32,000 nt of DNA from Nitrososphaerota archaeon (GTDB lineage: Archaea > Thermoproteota > Nitrososphaeria > Nitrososphaerales > UBA57). The DNA is taken from positions 120,001 through 152,000 of the forward strand of contig VHBL01000002.1 in assembly GCA_016871995.1 (NCBI GenBank). Direction: 5' to 3'. This document shows, piece after piece, positions 18,033-25,712 of the stretch (position 1 is its first letter; each line of letters begins with the position of its first letter). A program made the position numbers and the translations under genes. Below the pieces are notes generated by a model. It was given only the letters and a program-made list of their open reading frames with translations, searched no databases and was not told the DNA's origin.

Positions 18033-18439
18033 ATGCCAATCTTGATTAAGTTTCCTTCAAAACTGATAATCCTTTAGTTAATGGAAATCCCGAACAACCT
18101 GCTAGGCAGATTTAATTAATTAGTAATGGTAGAACAATCAAACAATCTTAAAGTTAACAGCGTAAACGTCAATCATTGACATAGCAGATGTTGACGAGAT
18201 TCACGAATAGATAAAGAACCTACCGACTTCCGCAGGGGTATTTGATAAAATTGACCAATAATAGATCAAGATTACGGTCAATTCTTAATCATTCTATCAT
18301 CCTGATAACGCTGTTTGACTGGTTGTGCTGTCAAAAGATGGTGGCGCTAGCTGACAAAGGCATATTTCGGCATGATATCCCTAGCCAAACAAAGAGGAAA
18401 TTGTTTAACTATTCTCCAATACCTTCCTAGAAACTTAAC

Positions 18440-18447
18440 TTTAATAG
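18440..18447 (+). promoter_or_regulatory. TATA-like box (TTTAATAG) for the zinc-finger gene
   Basis: It is centred about 26 nt upstream of ATG 18470. Confidence 0.35.
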
Positions 18448-18469
18448 CCTGAAGGAACTATATCAAATC

Positions 18470-19093
18470 ATGCAATCCTCTTTAGTTTTGAAGGGAGCAG
18501 AAGAGCTAATCAAAGAGCAGCTAGGATCTGAAGCTAACCCTGAAGCAAAGGTTAAGGTCTATGCCTCTTATTTAGCAGATAGATGCACTCAGTTATCAGG
18601 GGAAACATGGACTTCTAAGAACTGCACAAACTCTTTGCGATCTTACGGGCTTTGGGATAGCGAACAGTTTCCAACGTTGCAGGGTAGATATGGTTTCTAT
18701 GTTTTAGTCTCTTTGAATGACCTAAAGCAATTGGACTTATGGGATTGCTATGTATGCAATGGTAAAGTCAAAAGGGGCTCGGCTCGGGAGCATATCTTTG
18801 AATGCTGGATAGAAGGGGTTTCCTGCTTTAATTGTAATACGGTTGTTAAGTCCTATGAAGAGCTAGTTGAACATAGAAAAAATTGTCAGGTTTCTTTTAT
18901 ACCCTATAACTATGGTAATTGCCCTGCCTGCAATGCGAAAATAAAACTATCAGAAATGAGAAGGCATGTCAATCAATGTGAAGATATTCTATCATGGGAA
19001 GAGCCTGAGCAACCTAGCACAAAGGAAACAGAAACCCCTAGCATAATCGAAGTTGAAAAGCAAAGCACCGTAGAAGAGTTAGCTAAGGTATAA
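18470..19093 (+). CDS. protein with three CCHC zinc fingers (C-x2-C-x11-12-H-x3-C)
   Basis: The three fingers are CYVCNGKVKRGSAREHIFEC, CFNCNTVVKSYEELVEHRKNC and CPACNAKIKLSEMRRHVNQC. The tail is acidic and Ser/Thr-rich. The gene converges on the integrase gene with a 2-nt gap. Confidence 0.6.
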   Translation: MQSSLVLKGAEELIKEQLGSEANPEAKVKVYASYLADRCTQLSGETWTSKNCTNSLRSYGLWDSEQFPTLQGRYGFYVLVSLNDLKQLDLWDCYVCNGKVKRGSAREHIFECWIEGVSCFNCNTVVKSYEELVEHRKNCQVSFIPYNYGNCPACNAKIKLSEMRRHVNQCEDILSWEEPEQPSTKETETPSIIEVEKQSTVEELAKV

Positions 19094-19095
19094 AG

Positions 19096-20373
19096 TCAGG
19101 AAGGCAGTTTTACAATAGCTTTCCCGTTGGGAAGCTCTCTAACATAGTCCCAACCTTCGTTGATGTATTTTTCAATCTCTGAAGTACGGATAACCTTTTG
19201 ACTTGATCCGTTCTTTGTCAGCTTTGCTAATACCTTATGCTCTGCCTCTTTGGACTTCCTTTCAATCCCCTTTGTGAGTAATTCGTTATATTCGTCAGCA
19301 TGTAGCGAACTAACATCAATATTCAATAGCTCCTCTTCCGTATATCCTGCAGATCGAAGGCTTGTCTTTATGAAGGCCTGAATAAACGCATTACTGTCTT
19401 TAGTGTTAATCTCCCTTATCGCTAGTTTGGGAAGAGCAATTTTGTAAGAGTCCCTTAGCTGATCTTCCGTTGGCCTGCTATATGCACCGGCAGAGCTTCC
19501 CCTAGGTACATGCCCTAAGAGATAGTCAACCCAATTTAACGGGATCCCTGAGCCTTCTAGGATAGTTTGAGCTCTCTTCCTTAGTATATGGGCATGAAAT
19601 TCCTTCAACCCTTTAGCTTTAGCATTTAACCCTACCTTGAAACCCAATTTAGCGATCCTTGTCATTGTGGTAGTTGGAGCTAGAGTCTTTCCGTTCTTTG
19701 TGATAAATAGAAACGAATCGTTCGCAATCTTCTCCCCTAAACTCTGCCTCTGCTTGAAATAGTCCCTGATCGAATTAACAGTATCTTTGCCAATGAAAGC
19801 AACATAAGGGATATTCCCCTTTGTGATCCTTGCAGGAAACCTAACCATGCAGGGAATGTTATTAGCTTCATAATCGGCTCTGATATGTCCATACTTGAGC
19901 TGCAGAACTGAGCCTATCCTAGCACCTGACTCTATCAGGAAATACAGAAGGGGCCTTAATGCCTCTTTAGCAATGGTGCATAGTTTGAAGAGCTCTTCAT
20001 TGGTTGGGATCTTTTCAATCTCCCTCTTAGGAGGCTCTCTTTGGATTGAAACCTCCAGGGGTAAATGGTTCGCTTTATAGAAACTCTTAACCCAAGCTGC
20101 TAAACTATCCCCTCCCTTTGTGTTATTGGCAAAGGCTTTCAGGTTATCTTCTGCTTTGAACCTGACTTTGACATTCTTTGATAAGACTTCCCTGCTCCTC
20201 TCTTCTATGAGCTGATCGGGATTTTTGCCTAAAGCCTTCTCATATCTATACAATCCATACAGAGAGTTCCGAACCGTGTTTCTTGAATTATTGCCTAATT
20301 CGTTGAGCCATGTTTGGACTGGAGCATATTTCCTTAGTCTATCGTACTCAGCCTTCAGGTTGACTTGCCCCAT
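19096..20373 (-). CDS. tyrosine recombinase / phage-type integrase
   Basis: The catalytic signature is R (ESGARIGSVLQL), H-x-x-R (HAHILRKRAQT), H (LLGH) and Y (SAGAYSRP). The N-terminal SAM-like domain is present. The product is 425 aa with a C-terminal extension. Confidence 0.85.
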   Translation of the reverse strand: MGQVNLKAEYDRLRKYAPVQTWLNELGNNSRNTVRNSLYGLYRYEKALGKNPDQLIEERSREVLSKNVKVRFKAEDNLKAFANNTKGGDSLAAWVKSFYKANHLPLEVSIQREPPKREIEKIPTNEELFKLCTIAKEALRPLLYFLIESGARIGSVLQLKYGHIRADYEANNIPCMVRFPARITKGNIPYVAFIGKDTVNSIRDYFKQRQSLGEKIANDSFLFITKNGKTLAPTTTMTRIAKLGFKVGLNAKAKGLKEFHAHILRKRAQTILEGSGIPLNWVDYLLGHVPRGSSAGAYSRPTEDQLRDSYKIALPKLAIREINTKDSNAFIQAFIKTSLRSAGYTEEELLNIDVSSLHADEYNELLTKGIERKSKEAEHKVLAKLTKNGSSQKVIRTSEIEKYINEGWDYVRELPNGKAIVKLPS

Positions 20374-20395
20374 ACCTTAGGGTAGGTTTTGACAG

Positions 20396-20403
20396 TATAT
20401 AAA
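20396..20403 (-). promoter_or_regulatory. consensus TATA box (TTTATATA on the minus strand) for the integrase gene
   Basis: It is centred about 26 nt upstream of ATG 20373. Confidence 0.45.
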
Positions 20404-20430
20404 GGAAGATATTTCATTAGCATAAATTAA

Positions 20431-22651
20431 CTATTCAGTATCAATGAACTCGCTCGCCTGAGGAGGCTCAGGTGAAAGGCCCTTCCTCTTCCTGATGTCG
20501 GTTATGAGCGTTGGCAGTATTGATGCTGGAACCTGAGACCAAGCCTTGAAGTGCGTGTTCCATAGAGCCTTGCCTGCTGTCGCACCTCTCATTATTTCGG
20601 AAAGGTCGAATGTTTCTGATGCCGGAACCTCTCCTTCTACAATGGTCACGATTTCCTTCTGCTCAACGTTCAGCATCTTCCCTCTTTTAGATGAGATCAC
20701 ACTTGCTATTGCACCAATCTGCTCGGAGGGACATTTGACTTCTATGCCAAGCATCGGCTCGAGGAGGGTAGGCTGTGCAGAGAGCATACATCCAAGAATG
20801 GCCCTCCTTGAAGCTGGCATTAGCTGGGCGTATGTTCTGTGAGCAGGGTCTTCGTGGGGAACATAATGATGCAGAATTACTTTGACACCTCTGCAGTATT
20901 CGCGCGACAGTGGCCCTTCTTCCATAACATCCTCAAAGCCAGATCTTATGGAGTCCATTGATTCCTGCAGGTACTGTACACCTTTTGTGGCATCTAAGAG
21001 CATGTTTCCTTTGTTGTCTATTGTAACGACGCTCTTTGCTTCGTCTGAATCCCATCCCAAATCTCTTAGTGTCTTTGCAAGCTGCTTTTTGTCTATGTTT
21101 TCGTTGATCTGACCAGTTCTGATTAGTTCGACGATGTTGTCTGGCAATGCTTCTACGCGCATCAGTATCTTGTTATGTCTATTTGGAGACTTTGACATTA
21201 TTGGTCCAGCCTTTCCTTTTATTGCCTCCCTGTAGTTGATCAATGGCCGTGAAGTCATGATCTCTAGACCTGCTTGCTGTATAAGCGTGGTAGCTATTTC
21301 CAAATGTAGAACTCCCATGCCCGCGAGGAGCATTTCTCCAGATTCTTCATCAATCTTTACGACAAGGTTAGGGTCTTCGATGCTAAGCTTTCGTAATTCT
21401 TCAACGAGCTTTGGAAGCTCCTTCGGATGCTTCGACTCTATAGCTATTGTAACTACTGGCTCTGAAACGTACTTTATGGCTTCGAAGGAATATACATCTT
21501 TGATCGTGGAGATGGTCTCCCCTGATCTTGCATATTCTAATCCGAGTAGTGCGGGGATATTCCCTGCCGACATCGTGCCAATAATTTCCCTAAAAGGCCC
21601 CATGTACATGTTTACTGACTGGATTCTTCCCTCCCTCTTTGCCCCGAGCAAATAGACTGAATCACCATCATGCACGGTCCCCGAGTATAACCGCCCTGTA
21701 GCCACAACACCTGCCTGAGGGTCAACGACTACGTTGGTAACCATCATGACTATGGGCCCGTTTTCGTCGCACGCAAGAAGGGCCTTGCCGACTTCGCTGT
21801 TTAAATCACCCTTCCAGATTTTTGGAATTCTATAAGCCTGTGCAACATGTGGGGGAGGATGGTGTTTGACGACCATGCCGAGAACTGCTTCGTGTAGGGG
21901 AGCTTTTTCTGACAGTTCCTTTACTCCATCTTCAGTGTAAGCCTTGTAGATGTCTGCAAATTTGACACCCTTCTTACTTGCTATGTCAAAGTTGAAGCCC
22001 CAGCGGTCTTTTGCCGAGCCAAATGAAACGGTACTAGTTTGAATGCTTACCTTCCATTTTTCCTTGTACTCTGGCTCTGCATAAGCATCGATAAGAGCAT
22101 TGAAATCGCTGACAATATTTGCCAACCAAGCCTGCATCTTGTCCGGGGTAAGTCTGAGTTCCTTTACCAGGCGATCGATCTTGTTGATATAGAGGACAGG
22201 CCGCACCCTCTCCTCAAGTGCCTGCCTCGTTACTGTCTCTGTTTGCGTCATCACGCCTTCTACCGCATCAGAAACTACGACAGCGCCATCAATGGCCCTA
22301 AGACTTCTGGTCACCCTCCCTGTAAAATCTATGTGCCCGGGGGTATCGATCATATTGATGACGTATGGTTTTCCCTCTTGTTCGTAGTATAGAGTAACGT
22401 TAGCAGCTTTTATCGTCATTTGACGTTGCTGTTCAAGTGGCATAAAGTCTAGAGCAAGGGCTTGACCAGCGACAGAGGGGCTGAGCATACCGCAAGCAGC
22501 CAAGAGGCTGTCGCTCATCGTAGTCTATTCGGCTGAGAGAGAATCTCGCTCAGTTTCCGTGATCTACGTGAGCTATGACCCCAAAGTTTCTGATCTGGTC
22601 TCTGTTCCCGATGACCTTCATTACTTCTGTCGTTGACTTGTACTTTGGCAA
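20431..22651 (-). CDS. fusA: translation elongation factor 2 (aEF-2), split by a 28-nt insert: exon 1 is 22651..22555 and exon 2 is 22526..20431
   Basis: Exon 2 corresponds to the track ORF, which starts inside the gene at MSDSLLAACG. It carries G3 (DTPGH) and G4 (NKID) and has the full EF-2 length. Exon 1 starts at TTG 22651 (TGA two codons upstream) and encodes MPKYKSTTEVMKVIGNRDQIRNFGVIAHVDHG. Joining the exons gives AHVDHGKTTMSDSLL and 97 + 2096 = 2193 nt, which is 730 aa plus the stop. Confidence 0.85.
22527..22554 (-). other. candidate bulge-helix-bulge (BHB) intron within the aEF-2 coding sequence
   Basis: The minus-strand RNA reads GUAGAUC-ACGG-AAA-[CUGAGCGAG AUU CUCUCUCAG]-CCGA-AUA-GACUAC. 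The outer helix is GUAG(A)UC/GACUAC. The central helix is ACGG/CCGA, with three G-C pairs and one A.A. The 3-nt bulges are AAA and AUA. An inner hairpin sits between them. Cutting after the second nucleotide of each bulge removes exactly these 28 nt and restores the frame. Confidence 0.55.
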
Positions 22652-22690
22652 CCTTCACACCTGATATGACTCTGCGACTCTAAGACTCGC

Positions 22691-22700
22691 TATATATCTT
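22691..22700 (-). promoter_or_regulatory. TATA-like box (AAGATATATA on the minus strand) for aEF-2
   Basis: It lies about 44 nt upstream of TTG 22651. That implies a leader of about 18 nt, which contains the SD-like CAGGTG 6 nt before the start. Confidence 0.35.
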
Positions 22701-22892
22701 TACCAGCCAAACTACTGCTGATATACATGCATGACTCCCCGTATAGGGGCCTCTGAGTTTTGCTACTAGGAGGGGAGGAGTGATAAAATGCAAGATAGAA
22801 ACTTGTCGATATGAGGTACTGTTAATTTTTGCCTTCCGGGGTGTCTGGAGCGCGATTCTAAGGGTATTGTAAGCAACTTCACCAGAACTCAG

Positions 22893-23117
22893 CTACATCG
22901 ACATTGCCTCGTACACCCTCATGCTTGTAATTATCGGGCAGCCCTCAGCAATTTTTAGGGCTTCGTCCATGCTTTCCGCATCGATGATTGTGTAGCCCGT
23001 TATTGCTTTTTTATTATGTGGAAGTTGTTTGACACCACCTGACGTGATCTCCATTCCGGGCCCAAACGGATTACCACTGTCAACTATGTGGTCTTTTATT
23101 GACTTAAACCATCGCAT
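22893..23117 (-). CDS. short YCII/DGPF-family-like protein (74 aa, apparently lacking the family's N-terminal beta-alpha unit)
   Basis: The C-terminal pattern ...KKAITGYTIIDAESMDEALKIAEGCPI...MRVYEA resembles the YCII/DGPF dimeric alpha/beta-barrel C-terminus. The length is shorter than the roughly 100-115 aa I expect for this family. Confidence 0.4.
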   Translation of the reverse strand: MRWFKSIKDHIVDSGNPFGPGMEITSGGVKQLPHNKKAITGYTIIDAESMDEALKIAEGCPIITSMRVYEAMSM

Positions 23118-23157
23118 CCTTTTTAGAAAGTAGTTTACTCATCCATTATGAGCACTA

Positions 23158-24486
23158 ATGGTTCTTGACAAACTCAGGGAGGGGTTACAATCAGCGATAA
23201 AGAAACTTGTCGGAGCTGATACCATAGACGAAGAAACAGTAAGGGAGTTTGTCAACGACCTTTTCAAAACTCTTCTGCAAGCTGACGTTCAGGTCAAGCA
23301 GGCAGCCGCAGTTACAGAGAGGGTAAAGAAGCGGGCCCTAGAAGAAAAGCCTCCGCCGGGGCTGCCAAGGAAAGATCACATCGTAAAGATTCTGTACGAG
23401 GAGCTTTCAGGCTTTCTTGGCACAGAAGGCAAGTTCGATTTACCAGCAGAGAAACTCAGCATAATACTAATGATGGGCATTCAGGGCAGCGGTAAGACAA
23501 CGATAGTTGGAAAACTTTCCAGGTTCTTGGTCAAGAAAGGATATGCAGTTGGCGTTGTATGTGCGGACACCTATCGACCCGGTGCATTGGTGCAACTCAG
23601 GACGAATGCGGAAAAAGCAGGCGTAGAAGTTTTTGGGGATGAAAAGGAGAAGGACGCTGTCAAGCTTGCACGATCAGGAGTCGAGCATTTCAGGTCTAAT
23701 GGCAAGAACGTCATAATTGTCGATACTGCAGGCAGGCACAAGGAGGAGAAGGGGCTGCTCGATGAAATGAAGACGATCTCATCGAAGATAATTCCAGATT
23801 ATACTCTGCTTGTAATTGACGGGACGATAGGTCAGCAATGTTTTGCGCAGGCAGACGCATTTCACAAGGCAGTCCCTGTCGGAGGCATCATTATTACAAA
23901 ACTCGATGGTGCTGCAAAGGGAGGGGGTGCACTTGCAGCCGCAGCCGCTACAGGTGCTAGAATTCTCTTTATAGGCACAGGAGAACGGGTTGATGACCTA
24001 GATTTATTTTCGCCGACTAGGTTCGTCGGAAGGCTCCTCGGAATGGGCGACATCAAGGCACTACTTGAAAAGGCAAAGGAGCTGGAGGCTGAAGCAGACG
24101 AAGCGAAGCTGCAGAGAATTGTCTCTGGCAAGATGACGATTGACGATCTGTATTACCAGCTAGAGCAAGTACGCAAGATGGGCTCCATCCGCAAAATACT
24201 CGAACTAGTACCGGGTTTCTCAGGCGCAGTCAAGGATGAAGATATGGCTGGGATTGAGCAGAACATAGACAAGTGGAAGTTCATAATACAGTCGATGACC
24301 AAAGAAGAACGTGCCGATCCTGATATCCTGAACTCTTCAAGGATGAAGAGGATCGCAAAAGGCTCAGGAAGGAATGAAAAGGAGATTAAAGACATGTTGC
24401 AGCGCTACAAGCAGACGAAAACGGTATTGAAGGCTACGAAGGGCAGGGGAATGCGGCAGATGCTGAGAAGGCTACCAACTCAATGA
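23158..24486 (+). CDS. srp54: signal recognition particle protein SRP54
   Basis: The N domain is present. The G domain carries GIQGSGKTT, DTAGRH and TKLDG. The Met-rich M domain is present (MGDI...KMG...M). The product is 442 aa. Confidence 0.95.
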   Translation: MVLDKLREGLQSAIKKLVGADTIDEETVREFVNDLFKTLLQADVQVKQAAAVTERVKKRALEEKPPPGLPRKDHIVKILYEELSGFLGTEGKFDLPAEKLSIILMMGIQGSGKTTIVGKLSRFLVKKGYAVGVVCADTYRPGALVQLRTNAEKAGVEVFGDEKEKDAVKLARSGVEHFRSNGKNVIIVDTAGRHKEEKGLLDEMKTISSKIIPDYTLLVIDGTIGQQCFAQADAFHKAVPVGGIIITKLDGAAKGGGALAAAAATGARILFIGTGERVDDLDLFSPTRFVGRLLGMGDIKALLEKAKELEAEADEAKLQRIVSGKMTIDDLYYQLEQVRKMGSIRKILELVPGFSGAVKDEDMAGIEQNIDKWKFIIQSMTKEERADPDILNSSRMKRIAKGSGRNEKEIKDMLQRYKQTKTVLKATKGRGMRQMLRRLPTQ

Positions 24487-25712
24487 AAGTCGATCCTTCA
24501 GTTCTCCAGAAGGCAGAGGCTATACTATCAAAGTACACACTCTGCAATTCGTGCCTAGGAAGGCAATTTGCACCGAGGAAAGATGAACAGATAGAACTCG
24601 CAGAGCAGATTAGGAAGAGACTCGGGATGGAGGAGCCTGAGCGGTGCAGCCTATGCGGGGGGATCATCAATGAGATCGATAGCACAGCAGAAGATGCCAT
24701 TCATGCTCTTCGTGAATACGAATTCAAAACATTCCTTATTGGAGCAAGCATACCCCATTCGATCATAGAAAAGGAGGATTCTTTGAGAGCAGAGTTCAAG
24801 CTCAAGGGAGGGTATTCAGTCAAAGTAGAAATTACGAGCGCCTTGGCAAAAAGAATTGGAGCGACTCTGAAGAGAAGATACGATGCAAGAAACCCCGACG
24901 TCGTAATAGTTGTCGATCCGATGGGGAAGTTTCAGACAATTACTCCGCGCTCATTGTTCGTAACTGCTAGATACTCCAAGGCAAAGCGTGGAATACCGCA
25001 GAAGCGGGCAAGATGCTATGATTGCAATGGTAGAGGATGTCCTACCTGCTCTTGGACCGGTTTTGCTGATGAACCCAGTGTTGAATCTGAGCTTGCAAAT
25101 TATTTGATTCGAATATTTGGCGCAAAGAAGGCTAAATTTTCGTGGATCGGAAGCGAGGACGATAAAAGCTTGGTGCTAGGCACTGGCAGACCGTTCCATG
25201 CAGAGATAATCGAACCTAAGAAGCGCAGTGCAGCTGCGGCAAGGTTCTGTACAAAGCTTAAACACGGGATCGCATTAGAAGGAGGAAGCGTACTAAAAGA
25301 AAGACCGCTACCAGACATATCTTTCGAGCTCCTCACTGAAGTAAATATAGAAGTTGCAAAGCCAGTCAAGAAAGCGGACCTCCTGAAGATTGAAAAAACT
25401 TTCAAAAACGTTGATGCGAACCAATACTCTCCAAACAAGATGAAGTTTCTGACAAAGAGGATATTTGCACTCAAGGCTGAACAGGTTTCATCAAAAAGGT
25501 TCAAGGCTACAATAGAGTGCGAAGGTGGCACCAATATCAAGAAGCTGGTGCAGGGTAATCATCTGGAGTTCTCTCCCAGCATTTCCGAAGTGCTGGGCTA
25601 TGAGTGCAAGGTAGATGCTAAGAAGCCATTTGACACCCTGAATGTCAAAATTGTAGAGAAGATAGTCAGAGAACCACGGCTAATACGTGCAGAAACTATC
25701 GCGGAAGGCTAG
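24483..25712 (+). CDS. pus10: tRNA pseudouridine synthase Pus10
   Basis: The N-terminal Zn motif is CNSCLGRQF ... CSLCGG. A THUMP-like middle region follows. The catalytic-core pattern GSEDDKSLVLGTGRPF matches G.EDxDVRMLG.GRPF. The start overlaps the srp54 stop (ATGA). Confidence 0.8.
   Translation: MKVDPSVLQKAEAILSKYTLCNSCLGRQFAPRKDEQIELAEQIRKRLGMEEPERCSLCGGIINEIDSTAEDAIHALREYEFKTFLIGASIPHSIIEKEDSLRAEFKLKGGYSVKVEITSALAKRIGATLKRRYDARNPDVVIVVDPMGKFQTITPRSLFVTARYSKAKRGIPQKRARCYDCNGRGCPTCSWTGFADEPSVESELANYLIRIFGAKKAKFSWIGSEDDKSLVLGTGRPFHAEIIEPKKRSAAAARFCTKLKHGIALEGGSVLKERPLPDISFELLTEVNIEVAKPVKKADLLKIEKTFKNVDANQYSPNKMKFLTKRIFALKAEQVSSKRFKATIECEGGTNIKKLVQGNHLEFSPSISEVLGYECKVDAKKPFDTLNVKIVEKIVREPRLIRAETIAEG

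Larger units (their letters stand above)
18405..20436. mobile_element. putative small integrated element or remnant (integrase + zinc-finger gene) at the 3' end of the aEF-2 gene
   Basis: It holds a tyrosine integrase gene and one cargo gene. It is bounded by an exact 10-bp direct repeat TTAACTATTC (18405-18414 and 20427-20436). The right copy overlaps the aEF-2 stop codon. Both genes have their own TATA boxes. Confidence 0.4.

Noticed and set aside
18242-18430. 62-aa ORF (TTG start) in the non-coding tract left of the integrase module
   Set aside because: It has no motif and no TATA box at a suitable distance. It spans the TTGAC-repeat region and the att-like 10-mer, and is more plausibly regulatory DNA.
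17966-20390. GGGTAGGT 8-mer shared by 17968-17975 and 20380-20387 as alternative att sites
   Set aside because: It is only 8 bp, and a match of that length is expected by chance at the window sizes compared (order 0.1). The 10-bp and 11/12 matches to the EF-2 3' end are better candidates.
18405-20436. Compositional (GC) island signature for the integrase module
   Set aside because: Hand counts of 100-nt samples gave about 40% for the integrase gene and about 44% for the zinc-finger gene. The comparison samples gave about 40% for EF-2 and about 47% for the protease gene. The module is not distinguishable without a proper computation.
22519-22560. Translational bypass (T4 gene-60-like hop), programmed frameshift or simple pseudogene as the explanation for the aEF-2 interruption
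   Set aside because: In the downstream frame a UAG (22527-22525) sits immediately before ACU ACG AUG. No matched take-off and landing codons exist, since GGA and AAC have no suitable in-frame partner. The invariant Lys codon AAG exists only after joining A|AG, so ribosomal bypass or +/-1 shifting cannot produce GKTT. A pseudogene cannot be fully excluded. However, the rest of the 730-aa frame is intact, and the insert matches BHB geometry at exactly the frame-restoring positions.
3739-22745. Shared 9-mer CCCCGTATA in two intergenic regions (3739-3747 and 22737-22745) as a dispersed regulatory repeat
   Set aside because: There are only two short copies. One is simply the edge of a TATA box and the other is the stem of a small CCCC/GGGG hairpin. 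The evidence for a repeat family is insufficient.
22652-22892. C/D-box sRNA in the 240-nt gap upstream of aEF-2 (UGAUA/CUGA-like strings at about 22718 and about 22752)
   Set aside because: The boxes are degenerate, no C'/D' pair is present, and the flanks (ACUACUGC and GCUACUAG) are direct rather than complementary. No terminal stem or kink-turn can form.
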